DNA of 63,527 nt, filler included, from Theionarchaea archaeon (GCA_018992565.1; 5 parts of 5 records of this genome joined end to end with filler, not necessarily neighbours in it); one strand, 5' to 3'; positions 1 to 10,388 are shown, counted from the whole stretch's first letter. Notes: a model not told the origin generated them from the letters alone. Numbers and translations are program-made.

Positions 1-63
1 TTGTATCAAGTTTTGGAGGGAAGATAGGGGAAAAGTTTATAAGATCAGAGAAGAGACTAGGCC

Positions 64-1473
64 ATGCATTACGACATGCTGTTTATCCATCCTTCTGCTC
101 ACCCCGATTCTCCGCAGTTTATTGTGATGCCCATGGGAGTTGTCAGCCTGATGAATGAACTTGAGGGCTATGACGTTGAAGCCATCAATGTGGGTCTGGA
201 ACTGTGCCTGGACAGGAATTTTGACATTGAGGAGGCCTTAACTCAGTGTGAATATGATTGTGTTGGTATTGATCTGCACTGGCATGAGCATTCGTTTACA
301 GCACTACAAGTTGCAGAAATATGCAAGAAAGTCCATCCAGGTTGCAAAGTTATCCTGGGAGGGTTGACAGCATCGTATTTTGCACAGGAGATTATGCACT
401 CTTTTGAGCATGTTGACTATGTCGTAAGGGGTGAAGGGGAACAGGCGCTTCCCCTGCTCTTGAGGGGTGATGAAGCGGAACTGATACCGAATCTGGTGTA
501 CAGGGATAATGGAACAGTGAAAGAGACGCCTGTTTCTCCTGTGGAATGTCTTGATTCTCTTGATTTCTCCACTATTAGTGGAATCCGCCATTGGGAAGAC
601 TATTTGAAGAGCTCCATTCACGGGCATATGAGGAGGAGGTTCTGGTATGATTTCTGGTTGTGCACTGGCAGAGGATGCTCTTATGACTGCAGTTACTGCG
701 GAGGAGCGCATCATTCCCAGAACAGACTGTGTGCAAGGCATGGCATGACCTTCAGGTCGGTGGATGCAGTGATGAAAGACTTGGTGCACCTCCAGGACTT
801 GGGAGTCCACGTGGTGTGTCCCTCTCACGATATTTCGCTGGCGGGTCCTCAATACTGGGGGGACTTGTTCAGGTGCATGAAGGAGGCGGGCATTTCCATG
901 GGGATGTACCTGGAAGTGTGGCAACTTCCTGATACTGCCTTCCTGGAAGCGCTTGCCGATATCTGCAACCCACGATTCACCACTATTGTGATGACTCCGC
1001 TGAGTGGAAATGAAAGCATCAGGGAACTGAATGGAAAACACTTCGCCAATGAAGATTTCTATGATCGAGTCAAATATACTGAGGATGTGGGCATGAATCA
1101 TGCCCCATATTTTGCCACAGGACTCCCCTTTGAGACGAGAAAAACATTTAAGGAGACATTGACCATGACTGAGGTTTTGATAACGGATTTTAATCCTTCT
1201 GCTATCTTTTGTACACCCTTGCGGCTGGATCCGGGTTCTCCTATGTTTGAGAATCCAGATCATTACAAGATAGTAAAGCATTTTCACACATTCAGGGATT
1301 ACTATGAACGATGTATGAAGAGGGCACAAAACCTGCCTCACGATTTCATTGGCTATCATACTGAGAACCTTGATGGAAGAACGATTATGGAGATGCAGAA
1401 TGAATGGGAAGCGCTGTTGCGGGAGAACCCCGTCATGGCAGGGACATCCATGGACACGCTCCACTTTGTGTGA
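64..1473 (+). CDS. Cobalamin (B12)-binding radical SAM protein
   Basis: N-terminal B12-binding-type segment (GIDLHWHEH, VILGGLTAS, VDYVVRGEGE) followed by the GRGCSYDCSYC CxxxCxxC motif; TATA box TTTATAAG at 36-43. Confidence 0.85.
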   Translation: MHYDMLFIHPSAHPDSPQFIVMPMGVVSLMNELEGYDVEAINVGLELCLDRNFDIEEALTQCEYDCVGIDLHWHEHSFTALQVAEICKKVHPGCKVILGGLTASYFAQEIMHSFEHVDYVVRGEGEQALPLLLRGDEAELIPNLVYRDNGTVKETPVSPVECLDSLDFSTISGIRHWEDYLKSSIHGHMRRRFWYDFWLCTGRGCSYDCSYCGGAHHSQNRLCARHGMTFRSVDAVMKDLVHLQDLGVHVVCPSHDISLAGPQYWGDLFRCMKEAGISMGMYLEVWQLPDTAFLEALADICNPRFTTIVMTPLSGNESIRELNGKHFANEDFYDRVKYTEDVGMNHAPYFATGLPFETRKTFKETLTMTEVLITDFNPSAIFCTPLRLDPGSPMFENPDHYKIVKHFHTFRDYYERCMKRAQNLPHDFIGYHTENLDGRTIMEMQNEWEALLRENPVMAGTSMDTLHFV

Positions 1474-1479
1474 GGTGGT

Positions 1480-2418
1480 ATGATGAATGTGAACGACGCA
1501 CAATGTGCTCTCCTGTTCCCACCTTTGCGCTATCTGGATGATGCTCCCTTCTTGACAATGTTCTCAGGGGTTATTGAGAAGAATGTCCTGGTTACGTATC
1601 CTCTTTCCTTATATGAGAGGGATTCTTCAGGAAGCTTGAAATGGATGGGGTTCTTATACGCTTTCTTATATACTGCAAAAGATGGGGAGAAGGTATGCAG
1701 TCTGGCACATCCTTTGTGTTTCGTGAAAACCTCTCTCGGAGAGGAATTTGAGATTTATGGGCGGCTCTTCAAGGAAGTTGAGGAACTGGCCCGGGCATTT
1801 GGAGTGTCACGGATGGAATTTGAGGGCTATGAGAGTATTGCTGGAAGTGTTGCGGCTCCTCTGTCTTCTATGGTGTGTGGGAATACTGTGAATGAGGAAT
1901 TCTCACGGTTTGTCAAGACAAAGGGGTTCGAAGAGAGACGTGTCACCCTCTGCTATGAGATTCCTGTTCACCCCGGGGAACCTGAGTATTCTTACACTAT
2001 TGCTGATCTGAATGAACGGAGGAAGACGTATCTAGAATTCTTGGAAGGATCTGATTCTTTTCCTCAGCATTTTTCTACAGATGAGCTTCTGAAGAATCCT
2101 CCTGGCATCATGGACCGATTGTTCCTCAAAGAGAAATGGATTGTCTTTTGCCGGCAGGGCAAGAAAGAGGGGTGTCTAAGATGGATTCCATGTAATGGTG
2201 ATACAGAGAGAGCCAAGGTTCTGCGCGTGATTTTCAGGAATGCCGATTCTGACTTCTTCAGTGCCGGCATGATTGATATGGTTAGGGTTGTAGCCTCGAA
2301 GGGGATAAGAACAGTGCACGTGACAGACGTCATGGAATCGAGTGACCTCGAGAACGTGTTACAACGAATGAATGGGAAGCCTGTGTATAGATCATCGCTG
2401 CTTCAGCATCGCTGCTGA
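1480..2418 (+). CDS. Hypothetical protein, possibly a degenerate tandem GNAT fold
   Basis: 312-aa ORF with SD GAGGTGG, 6 nt after the rSAM stop; FVKTKGFEE and KGIRTVHV...LQRMNGKPVYR loosely resemble GNAT C-terminal motifs (inference). Confidence 0.6.
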   Translation: MMNVNDAQCALLFPPLRYLDDAPFLTMFSGVIEKNVLVTYPLSLYERDSSGSLKWMGFLYAFLYTAKDGEKVCSLAHPLCFVKTSLGEEFEIYGRLFKEVEELARAFGVSRMEFEGYESIAGSVAAPLSSMVCGNTVNEEFSRFVKTKGFEERRVTLCYEIPVHPGEPEYSYTIADLNERRKTYLEFLEGSDSFPQHFSTDELLKNPPGIMDRLFLKEKWIVFCRQGKKEGCLRWIPCNGDTERAKVLRVIFRNADSDFFSAGMIDMVRVVASKGIRTVHVTDVMESSDLENVLQRMNGKPVYRSSLLQHRC

Positions 2419-2475
2419 ACTCCCTCCGCTCTGTCAAATAACAAACCTTATAACCACCTCTCCCCTGGTAAGGCC

Positions 2476-4182
2476 ATGAAGGACCTTGTAGAAAAAGAGA
2501 TCAGACAAAAAGCTCAAACGCTTTACAACTACACGGGTGAAATTGAAGCAAAACCCATTCCTTTCAAGGGAGACTGGGGATTCTCCACCACCGTGGCATT
2601 CAAGATAGCAGGAACCAGGAGAAAAGACTTCCAGCAGGCCCTCAGAGAAATCTCGGAAACCCTGGCTTCCAACCTGGATTTTGGAGAAGAAATCTCTCGA
2701 ATTGAAGCAGTCAACGGCTACATAAACATCTATCTCAATGCCAACACGTATGCCCAGTATATTATCAAGACTATCCTGAACACCCCGTATGGGAAAGGAA
2801 CTTCCAAGAAAGACAAGATCATGGTGGAATACTCCCAGCCAAACACACACAAGGCCTTCCACATAGGGCATCTCAGAAACACGTGTCTGGGAGCCTCCTT
2901 GGTGAGTATCCTTCGCTACGCAGGCTACTCTGTGGTAGCTGCAAACCTGATCAATGATACAGGGTCCCACGTGGCTAAATGGCTGTGGTGTTACCTGACC
3001 TATCACAAGGCAGAAGAGCCTCCCGAAAAAAAGAGTGAATGGCTGGAACAGATCTATGTTGAGGCAACCCAGAAGCTCAACAAGAACCCAGAATTTGAGC
3101 TACAGGTCAAGAAAATACTCCAACGCCTCGAACAGAAAGACCCTGAAATTATTGAAGTCTGGGAGAAAACCAAGCAGTGGTCCATGGATGAATTCCATCG
3201 CATCTACAACGAATTGAATGTTCAGTTTGATGTCTACTTCTATGATTCAACTCTGTATGAAGAGGGAAAACAGATCGTTCAGGAACTCGTTGAAAAAGAA
3301 ATCGCTGAAGAGAGCGAGGGCGCCCTGATCGTCGACCTGGATCACTTACTGGGAACTGATGACGTGTACAAGACCTATGTTGTCCTCCGTTCCGATGGAA
3401 CAGCTCTCTATCAGACCAAGGACCTTGCTCTTGCCAAGAGGAAATTTGAAGGATATGGGATAGACCGCTCGATTTATGTCGTGGGTTCAGAGCAAAAACT
3501 GCACTTCCAGCAGGTGTTCAAGACCCTGGAGCTGGCTGGATTCAAACAGGCTCGGAAATGTTACCACCTGTCCTACGAACTGGTCATGCTTAAAGGGGGA
3601 AAAATGTCGTCTCGTCTGGGAAATATCGTTTTCTATGATGATCTCTACGCAGCAGTCTATGAAGAGGCACTGGAAGAAGTTGAAAAACGTGATATTGTCC
3701 AGGAGAACAAGGAGGAGACAGCTCGCATTGTGTCCCTGGGAGCTATCAAGTTTTCCATGTTGCGAAAAGACAATAACAAGGTCATCGTCTTTGACCCCAA
3801 GGAAGCAGTCAACTTCGAAGGCCAGACTGGTGCTTACATACAGTACGCTCATGCCAGGGCTTCTCGTATCCTGGAAAAGGATCAGGCTGACCTGGCTACC
3901 ATGGACTTCGAGGAATTGACAGTACAGGAGAGAAACCTTCTGGAAGTCCTGACCACATTCCCCGAAACTGTGGAGCAGTCAGCAGAACGGTACAAACCCA
4001 GTATCATGGCCATGTATGTGTTTGAGGTGGCCAAGGCCTTCAATGAGTTCTACCATGCCTGTCCTGTCCTGCAGGCAGAACCTGTCACCAAAAATGCGAG
4101 ACTGGCCCTTGTCTCAGCCACGACTCATGTATTAAAGAGTGGGCTGGAGCTTCTGGGAATTGAGGCCCCAGAGAGGATGTGA
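2476..4182 (+). CDS. argS: Arginine--tRNA ligase
   Basis: VEYSQPNTHKAFHIGHLRN (HIGH), KMSSRLG (KMSKS-like), YIQYAHARASRIL, C-terminal LGIEAPERM. Confidence 0.98.
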   Translation: MKDLVEKEIRQKAQTLYNYTGEIEAKPIPFKGDWGFSTTVAFKIAGTRRKDFQQALREISETLASNLDFGEEISRIEAVNGYINIYLNANTYAQYIIKTILNTPYGKGTSKKDKIMVEYSQPNTHKAFHIGHLRNTCLGASLVSILRYAGYSVVAANLINDTGSHVAKWLWCYLTYHKAEEPPEKKSEWLEQIYVEATQKLNKNPEFELQVKKILQRLEQKDPEIIEVWEKTKQWSMDEFHRIYNELNVQFDVYFYDSTLYEEGKQIVQELVEKEIAEESEGALIVDLDHLLGTDDVYKTYVVLRSDGTALYQTKDLALAKRKFEGYGIDRSIYVVGSEQKLHFQQVFKTLELAGFKQARKCYHLSYELVMLKGGKMSSRLGNIVFYDDLYAAVYEEALEEVEKRDIVQENKEETARIVSLGAIKFSMLRKDNNKVIVFDPKEAVNFEGQTGAYIQYAHARASRILEKDQADLATMDFEELTVQERNLLEVLTTFPETVEQSAERYKPSIMAMYVFEVAKAFNEFYHACPVLQAEPVTKNARLALVSATTHVLKSGLELLGIEAPERM

Positions 4183-4233
4183 GTTCGACCGAAAACCCTT
4201 TTAAAGGTGATTTTACAGTGGCCCTGTGATAAC

Positions 4234-4752
4234 ATGATAGATTACAAGAATATGCCTAGAGAAGAAGTGCTGCAGAAAGCATATGAAACTGCTTTTGGTT
4301 ATGAAAGAGATTATGGCAACTGTCCCCAGTCCATGCTGGCTACCATGCATGATTTGTTTGGTATTGGAGATGAAGATGCCTTCAAGAGTGGAACTGGAAT
4401 GGCAGGAGGAGGAGCCCTTGCAGGGCAGGGAACCTGCGGTGCTCTGGTGGGAGGATTTATGGCCATTGGCCTGGTATTTGGGAGAGGCCCTGACGATTAT
4501 AAATCAAGAAAGGGAGCAGGAAGAGCATATCGTGCTGCAAAGGAGCTGCATGACCGATTTATCAGGGAATTTGGTGGTGTAGTATGTAAGGATGTGCAGA
4601 ATAAAATCTTTGGGAGATCTTTCAACATGCTGGACAAAGAAGAGTACCAGCTTTTTGAGAAGATGGGGGGTCATACAGACAAGTGCACTGATGTGGTTGG
4701 AAAGGTGGCCATGTGGACTGCAGACATCATTCTGGACGAGCTGAAAAAGTAA
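4234..4752 (+). CDS. C_GCAxxG_C_C family putative redox-active protein
   Basis: Pattern NCPQS...GTCGALVGG...GGVVCKDV...KCTDVV; ATG at 4234 preferred over the GTG at 4207. Confidence 0.85.
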   Translation: MIDYKNMPREEVLQKAYETAFGYERDYGNCPQSMLATMHDLFGIGDEDAFKSGTGMAGGGALAGQGTCGALVGGFMAIGLVFGRGPDDYKSRKGAGRAYRAAKELHDRFIREFGGVVCKDVQNKIFGRSFNMLDKEEYQLFEKMGGHTDKCTDVVGKVAMWTADIILDELKK

Positions 4753-4844
4753 CTTCGGTTCATATCTTCCTGTCTCTTTCCCTTCTTCTTTTGCTGCTGG
4801 ACGTACTCTTTCTCCTCGTACTACTTTTCGTCTGTGATTATATG

Positions 4845-5801
4845 TTACCTGAAATGACAGGCCACAAGATGGTCTCCTCCCTTGTTCTCAAGCGCAGGCT
4901 CCTGCTGGGAACAGATTTCCTCGGCAAGCATGCATCTGGTATGGAACCTGCATCCTGGAGGAGGATGCGTGGTGCTGGGTACGTCTCCTTTCAGTACAAT
5001 CTCCTTTCTCTTAAGGGAGGGGTTTGGTACAGGCACTGCTGACATGAGAGCCTCAGTATAGGGGTGTAGAGCATTGTCAAACAACTCTTTCTTGGGAGCC
5101 ATCTCTACAATCTTCCCCACATACATAACAGCCACCCTGTCACAAATATGTTTTATGACACTGAGATCATGGGTTACAAAAAGATACGTGAATCCGAATT
5201 CATCCTGGAGGTCCTGCATCAAATTGAGGATCTGGGCCTGTATGGACACATCCAGGGCTGAAACAGGTTCATCCGCTACAATGAAATCAGGATCAACAGC
5301 CAAAGCACGTGCTATGCCAATTCGCTGCCTCTGGCCACCTGAGAATTCATGAGGATATCTGTTCATCTGCTCCTGAGTCAACCCAACCTTCTCCATGATC
5401 TCCAACACTTTCTCCTCCTTGTCCTTTCCTGAAAACATGCCATGGACCTCCATGGGTTCAGCTATGATTGCTCCCACTGTCATCCTGGGATCCAACGATC
5501 CGAAGGGATCCTGGTAGATGATACTCATTTCTCTCCTGTACTTTCTCATTTCCTGCCTCTTGAGGAGGGTGATATCTTCCCCTCTAAATGTGATATGGCC
5601 AGCATCAGGTTCATACAGCTTGAGTATTGTCTTTCCGCACGTCGTCTTTCCACATCCGGATTCTCCCACCAATCCCAGTGTCTCTCCTTCTTCAATGCTG
5701 AAAGACACATCGTCAACTGCCCTGTTGATCAGTGGTTTCTTCAGGAGTCCACCACCAACCTTGAAATACTTGACCAGGTTATTGACTTCAAGCAGGTTCA
5801 T
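4845..5801 (-). CDS. dppF: Dipeptide/oligopeptide ABC transporter ATP-binding protein
   Basis: GESGCGKT, FSGGQRQR, ADEPVSALD, Cys-containing oligo_HPY tail (HPYT...GCRFHTRC...VACH). Confidence 0.93.
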   Translation of the reverse strand: MNLLEVNNLVKYFKVGGGLLKKPLINRAVDDVSFSIEEGETLGLVGESGCGKTTCGKTILKLYEPDAGHITFRGEDITLLKRQEMRKYRREMSIIYQDPFGSLDPRMTVGAIIAEPMEVHGMFSGKDKEEKVLEIMEKVGLTQEQMNRYPHEFSGGQRQRIGIARALAVDPDFIVADEPVSALDVSIQAQILNLMQDLQDEFGFTYLFVTHDLSVIKHICDRVAVMYVGKIVEMAPKKELFDNALHPYTEALMSAVPVPNPSLKRKEIVLKGDVPSTTHPPPGCRFHTRCMLAEEICSQQEPALENKGGDHLVACHFR

Positions 5802-6766
5802 GGTATCTCCTCCAGAAAACAGCGGGTATAATGGTTATTCTCTCGCTCCACAAGCCGGGGTTGCTCCCGTGCACATACCTCTGTAGCATGACTGCACCTG
5901 GGATGGAACCTGCACCCTGAGGGTATTTGAATCAAGTTGGGCACAGTCCCCTCAATGATCCTCAGCCGTTCTGTGTCTGCATCCAGCCGAGGTATGGCCT
6001 GGTACAGCCCTACTGTATACGGGTGCAGTGGGTTGTCGAAAATAGCTTCAACGCTCCCATATTCTACGATTTCACCTGCGTACATCACAGCTACATTATT
6101 ACATTGCTGGGCTATTACTCCCAGGTCGTGCGTGATCAAAAGAACAGAGGCTGAGAAATCCTGTTTCAATTTGTCCATGAGCCTCAGGATCTGCGCCTGT
6201 ATGGTCACATCAAGTGCTGTCGTGGGTTCATCTGCAATCAGGAGTTTAGGGTTACAGGATAGAGCCATGGCAATCATGACTCTCTGGCGCATTCCCCCTG
6301 ACAACTGATGAGGATATTCTTTCATGCGTCGTTCTGGATCAGGAATACCCACCACATGCAACATTTCAGTAGCTTTTTGGCGGGCTTCTTCTTTTTCCAA
6401 TCCCTGGTGTAATTCAATAACCTCCATGATCTCATTCCCCACTGTAAATACAGGGTCCAGTGATGTCATGGGTTCCTGGAAGATCATGGATATCTTGCAT
6501 CCTCTGATTCTCTGCATTTGCTCCTCTGTCTTCTCCAGCAGATCCTCGCCTTCCAGCAACACCTGCCCCCCCACGATTTTGCCAGGAGGCCAGCTGATCA
6601 GCCGGATTATGGAGAGAGCGGTGACTGACTTCCCGCATCCTGATTCTCCCACCAGTCCAAAGGTTTCTTCCTTTCCTATGGTGAAGCTGACATCATCTAC
6701 TGCCTTGACAATGCCATCATCAGTGAAAAATTGAGTCTTCAGGTTCTTGACCTCCAAGAGACTCAT
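5798..6766 (-). CDS. dppD: Dipeptide/oligopeptide ABC transporter ATP-binding protein
   Basis: [35 protein letters not shown]...GCRFHPRC. Confidence 0.93.
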   Translation of the reverse strand: MSLLEVKNLKTQFFTDDGIVKAVDDVSFTIGKEETFGLVGESGCGKSVTALSIIRLISWPPGKIVGGQVLLEGEDLLEKTEEQMQRIRGCKISMIFQEPMTSLDPVFTVGNEIMEVIELHQGLEKEEARQKATEMLHVVGIPDPERRMKEYPHQLSGGMRQRVMIAMALSCNPKLLIADEPTTALDVTIQAQILRLMDKLKQDFSASVLLITHDLGVIAQQCNNVAVMYAGEIVEYGSVEAIFDNPLHPYTVGLYQAIPRLDADTERLRIIEGTVPNLIQIPSGCRFHPRCSHATEVCAREQPRLVERENNHYTRCFLEEIP

Positions 6767-7662
6767 AGCTTGGCACCTCCTTTCAATCTCGGGTCCAAAG
6801 CATCTCGCAACCCATCACCAAGCAGGTTCAATGATATCACAGAGAGCAATATGGCTATCCCGGGAAACGTCGCAGCCCACCATGCACCCGTCACCAGATA
6901 CTTCCGGGACAGTGACAGGGCGAGACCCCACTCAGGCGAAGGTGCCTGTGCTCCTACTCCCAGAAATCCCAGGGCTGCAGCATCCAGAATGGCTGTAGCC
7001 AGCATCAATGTAGAATATACGATGATGGGAGCCATTGAATTGGGTAAAACGTGTCGAAAGATGATTCGCCAGGTAGATGAACCGATGGCATGCTCTGCTT
7101 CAATATATTCCGTCTCTTTTATTGAAAGAACAGCTCCTCTTACCACTCTAGCCATCTGGGGGGTGTATACAATGCCAATAGCCAGCATGGCCTTGTCAAT
7201 CCCCCGACCAAGAGTGCCGGCTACCACCAGAGCCAGCAGTAATGCAGGGTAGGCAAACAGAATATCCACAATGCGCATGACAATATTGTCTACAATCCCT
7301 CCAAAATATCCTGCGGAGACGCCCATGAGTATTCCCACACCCACAGCAAATCCCAGAGCCACAAACCCTACGCTGAGAGTGACTCTCCCTCCATAAAACA
7401 AGCGGGAAAGAAGATCTCGCCCCAGCGCATCTGTGCCCAGGTAGAATCCGGGCAATCCATCATCAGACCAGAATCCTGGTTTCAACTGGCGGTCAAGGTC
7501 AACATCATGAGGGTCATGAGGGGCAAACAGGGGAGCACCCACACACAGAACCACAATAATCATGAGGAGCCCCAGCCCAAACATGGCTGATTTATTCTTC
7601 CGCATCTGGTGAACAACATCTTGAATCCGTGTTCGTCTCTTGATTTTTTCTTCTTCTCCCAT
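6763..7662 (-). CDS. dppC: Peptide ABC transporter permease
   Basis: LGTDALGRDLLSRL, EAA-like loop (EYIEAEHAIG...RHVLPN), LGDGLRDALDPR. Confidence 0.93.
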   Translation of the reverse strand: MGEEEKIKRRTRIQDVVHQMRKNKSAMFGLGLLMIIVVLCVGAPLFAPHDPHDVDLDRQLKPGFWSDDGLPGFYLGTDALGRDLLSRLFYGGRVTLSVGFVALGFAVGVGILMGVSAGYFGGIVDNIVMRIVDILFAYPALLLALVVAGTLGRGIDKAMLAIGIVYTPQMARVVRGAVLSIKETEYIEAEHAIGSSTWRIIFRHVLPNSMAPIIVYSTLMLATAILDAAALGFLGVGAQAPSPEWGLALSLSRKYLVTGAWWAATFPGIAILLSVISLNLLGDGLRDALDPRLKGGAKL

Positions 7663-7673
7663 AGCAACACCTT

Positions 7674-8681
7674 CTACCTATACTTGATCCGCGGATCGAT
7701 GTAGACGTAAATGATGTCAGTGACCAAGTTGATGATCACAAAAGCAGTGGCAAAGAACAGTGTAAATCCTTGAATCACAGGATAATCATAAGCCAGTATG
7801 GCATCTGCAATATACTTACCCAGCCCCGGCAAAGTAAATATGGTCTCTGTCAGCACTGCCCCCCCCATGAGTAATCCAACATTCATACCGATGACAGTGA
7901 CAATGGGAATTAATGCATTACGTATTGCATGTTTATAGACAACCACTCGCTCTGAGAGCCCTTTTGCCCTTTCTGTCCTGATGTAGTCCTGTCGCAAGAC
8001 TTCCAGCATGGAGGATCTGGTCATCCTGGCAATTGTGGCCATGGGAATGGTGGCCAGAGCTATAGAAGGCAATATCAAATGCTTAACACTGTCCAGAAGT
8101 GCTTCTCCGTTGAAGGTCAGGATGCTGTCAAGGATGTTGAGTCCTGTAATTCGTTCCAGGTAAATACCTGTTGTCAGCCTCCCCCCTATGGGAAGAATTC
8201 CAAGTTTGACTCCAAAAATGAACAGCATCATTAGTCCCAGCCAGAACACAGGCATAGACACGCCAAATAAGGCTCCAAACATGACTCCATAATCTACTGG
8301 AGAGTACTGACGAACAGCAGATACAATTCCTGCAATGATTCCAAAAAATGACGCAATAATCATGGCAAATAGCGATAACTCAAGTGTCGTAGGTAATCGT
8401 TCAATAATCTCAATGGTAACCAATTCGCGGGATTTTATTGATCTTCCTAGGTCGCCTTTGAGTGCCATTTCAATCCAGATGAGGTACTGCTCATAAAGAG
8501 GTTTGTTCAGGTGATACTTCTCTCGTATATTCTCCAAAACCTGAGCAGTTGCGTGCTCACCTGCTAGATTAACAGCAGGGTCACCTGGCGCTGCCCTCAC
8601 CAGAACAAACGTGATAATAGAAACACCAAGAAGTACTACTATCAGCATTGCCAGCCGTTTCAGAATATATTCTTTCATCAT
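7674..8681 (-). CDS. dppB: Peptide ABC transporter permease
   Basis: PGDPA, GDLGRS, EVLRQDYIRTERAKGL, YIDPRI. Confidence 0.93.
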   Translation of the reverse strand: MMKEYILKRLAMLIVVLLGVSIITFVLVRAAPGDPAVNLAGEHATAQVLENIREKYHLNKPLYEQYLIWIEMALKGDLGRSIKSRELVTIEIIERLPTTLELSLFAMIIASFFGIIAGIVSAVRQYSPVDYGVMFGALFGVSMPVFWLGLMMLFIFGVKLGILPIGGRLTTGIYLERITGLNILDSILTFNGEALLDSVKHLILPSIALATIPMATIARMTRSSMLEVLRQDYIRTERAKGLSERVVVYKHAIRNALIPIVTVIGMNVGLLMGGAVLTETIFTLPGLGKYIADAILAYDYPVIQGFTLFFATAFVIINLVTDIIYVYIDPRIKYR

Positions 8682-8711
8682 ATCACCTCAAAAAAGAAAA
8701 AAGGGAAAGAT

Positions 8712-10316
8712 TTATTTTCTTCTGATTCGCAGGACGATACCTCCCACCAAGAGAAGAGCTACGAAGAGCGTTCCCAGACCAGCTCCACCTTCTTCTTCTT
8801 CAACCCATACAGGATAGAAGAACTTTCTGCTTGTGGGGTGGATAACGTAACCATGTACTGTGGAAAGGAAGGCAATGTTCTGGTCGGCATGTGCAATGAA
8901 GACATGAGAGCACTGATCTACCAGAAGTGTGTTCGCCTGTTCGTACAGGTCAGCTCTCTCGTCCTGATCATATGTCAGTAGCGCCCTGTTGAGAAGATCC
9001 TGGAATTCAGGGTTCTTCTTGAATCCGATGTTACCTGCACTGCCTACTGTCGCCTTGTCCTGGGAGTACAGCACATTGAGGAAGTTGTCAGGGTCACCGT
9101 TGTCCCCTGTCCATCCCAGCATAGCCATGGCGTGCTTGCCGGCCTCAGTGTCCTGTAGATAGGTACCCCAGTCTTCAGTGAACAGTTCCACTATAATGCC
9201 TACTTCTGCCAGGTCCGCCTGGATTGCTTCTGCAATCTCAGTGGGCACAGGGAAGTACGGTCGTGAAACAGGCATGTGCCACATGGTAACAGTGAATCCG
9301 TCAGGATATCCTGCATCTGCCAGAAGATCTCGTGCTTTCTGTGGATTGTATTCGTACCCTGTGATGGAATTGTTGTATCCAAACAGGGCGGGGGGCATCC
9401 CCTGGTTAGCTGCAGTAGCTGCTCCCTGGTACAAGTTCCTGACAATTGCATCTTTGTTGATGGCGTGAGCAATAGCTCGCCTCACATTGATATCTTGGAA
9501 AGGCTCAAAGGTTCCAGGCACGTCAACTTCTTCGCCTGAATCCCATTTNNNNNNNNNNNNNNNNNNNNNNNNNNNNNNNNNNNNNNNNNNNNNNNNNNNN
9601 NNNNNNNNNNNNNNNNNNNNNNNNNNNNNNNNNNNNNNNNNNNNNNNNTCTCGCCAGTAGTCCTCAAAGGCCCTCAGGGTAATGTGGTCGTCCTTAACCC
9701 ATTCCACAAACTCAAAGGGTCCAGTTCCTACAGGGTTCTTGAAGTAATCCTCCCCATATTCCTGGGCAGCCTTTTCACTAACAATACACACAGTAAACAT
9801 AGCCAGACTTGTCATGATGGAAGCATTGGGCTGCTTCATGTGGATTGCAACCTTGTACGTGTCCAGTTTCTCCACACTCTCGATATCAGTGAACATGTAG
9901 CCCCAGTAAGCCCACTCACCTTTGTCGTGGTACCAGTTGGCAGAATCGTATTGTCTTGCAAAGGAGAAAACTACGTCATCAGCAGTCATCTCACCAAATC
10001 CGTGATGGAACTGCACACCTTTTCTCAGGTTGAACGTAATTGTCTTCTTGTCGTCTGAGACAGTCCAGTCTGTTGCCAGGCACTCCTTGATACTGGTGGT
10101 TCCACTCTCATATTCCACAAGACCTTCGTGCATGTTGTCCATCCTCTGGATGGATTCACCGTCAGTAACATCTGCAGGATCAAGTCGTACTGCATCACCG
10201 GATGAACCGAAGATAAAGATTGTTTTCGTCTCTGGTGCCTTTTCCTGACCAATACATCCGGCCAGTAAGGTGATCAAAACCAGCACAGCTGCGATCGCTT
10301 TAAGTTTTGTTTTCAT
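8712..10316 (-). CDS. dppA: Peptide ABC transporter substrate-binding protein (family 5), interrupted by a sequence gap
   Basis: Lipobox LLAGC, PVGTGPF, VRRAIAHAIN, GWTGDNGDPDNFL; 100 N at 9549-9648, so the true length is unknown; C-terminal TM plus basic tail. Confidence 0.9.
   Translation of the reverse strand: MKTKLKAIAAVLVLITLLAGCIGQEKAPETKTIFIFGSSGDAVRLDPADVTDGESIQRMDNMHEGLVEYESGTTSIKECLATDWTVSDDKKTITFNLRKGVQFHHGFGEMTADDVVFSFARQYDSANWYHDKGEWAYWGYMFTDIESVEKLDTYKVAIHMKQPNASIMTSLAMFTVCIVSEKAAQEYGEDYFKNPVGTGPFEFVEWVKDDHITLRAFEDYWRXXXXXXXXXXXXXXXXXXXXXXXXXXXXXXXXXXKWDSGEEVDVPGTFEPFQDINVRRAIAHAINKDAIVRNLYQGAATAANQGMPPALFGYNNSITGYEYNPQKARDLLADAGYPDGFTVTMWHMPVSRPYFPVPTEIAEAIQADLAEVGIIVELFTEDWGTYLQDTEAGKHAMAMLGWTGDNGDPDNFLNVLYSQDKATVGSAGNIGFKKNPEFQDLLNRALLTYDQDERADLYEQANTLLVDQCSHVFIAHADQNIAFLSTVHGYVIHPTSRKFFYPVWVEEEEGGAGLGTLFVALLLVGGIVLRIRRK
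9549..9648. other. Scaffold gap (100 N)
   Basis: Run of 100 N with no linker motif; dppA coding sequence on both sides. Confidence 0.99.
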
Positions 10317-10323
10317 GTTTTCC

Positions 10324-10388
10324 CTCCTTATGTGAGAACTAGGGTTCTCCTTAGTTCAAAGACAGCTTTTTCAATATATAAAGCTTTC
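10324..10388 (-). promoter_or_regulatory. Promoter of the dpp operon (BRE/TATA, inverted repeat, SD)
   Basis: Minus strand CGAAAGC-TTTATATA (10382-10375); GAGAAC-N4-GTTCTC inverted repeat at 10334-10349; AAGGAGGG upstream of ATG 10316. Confidence 0.6.

Noticed and set aside
304..1503. 399-aa antisense ORF and many other long overlapping ORFs in the track
   Set aside because: Shadow ORFs opposite or within well-supported genes, with no recognisable motifs.
9549..9648. dppA reading frame apparently continuous through the gap
   Set aside because: 100 N is a placeholder; frame continuity and the 534-aa length are not evidence of true size.
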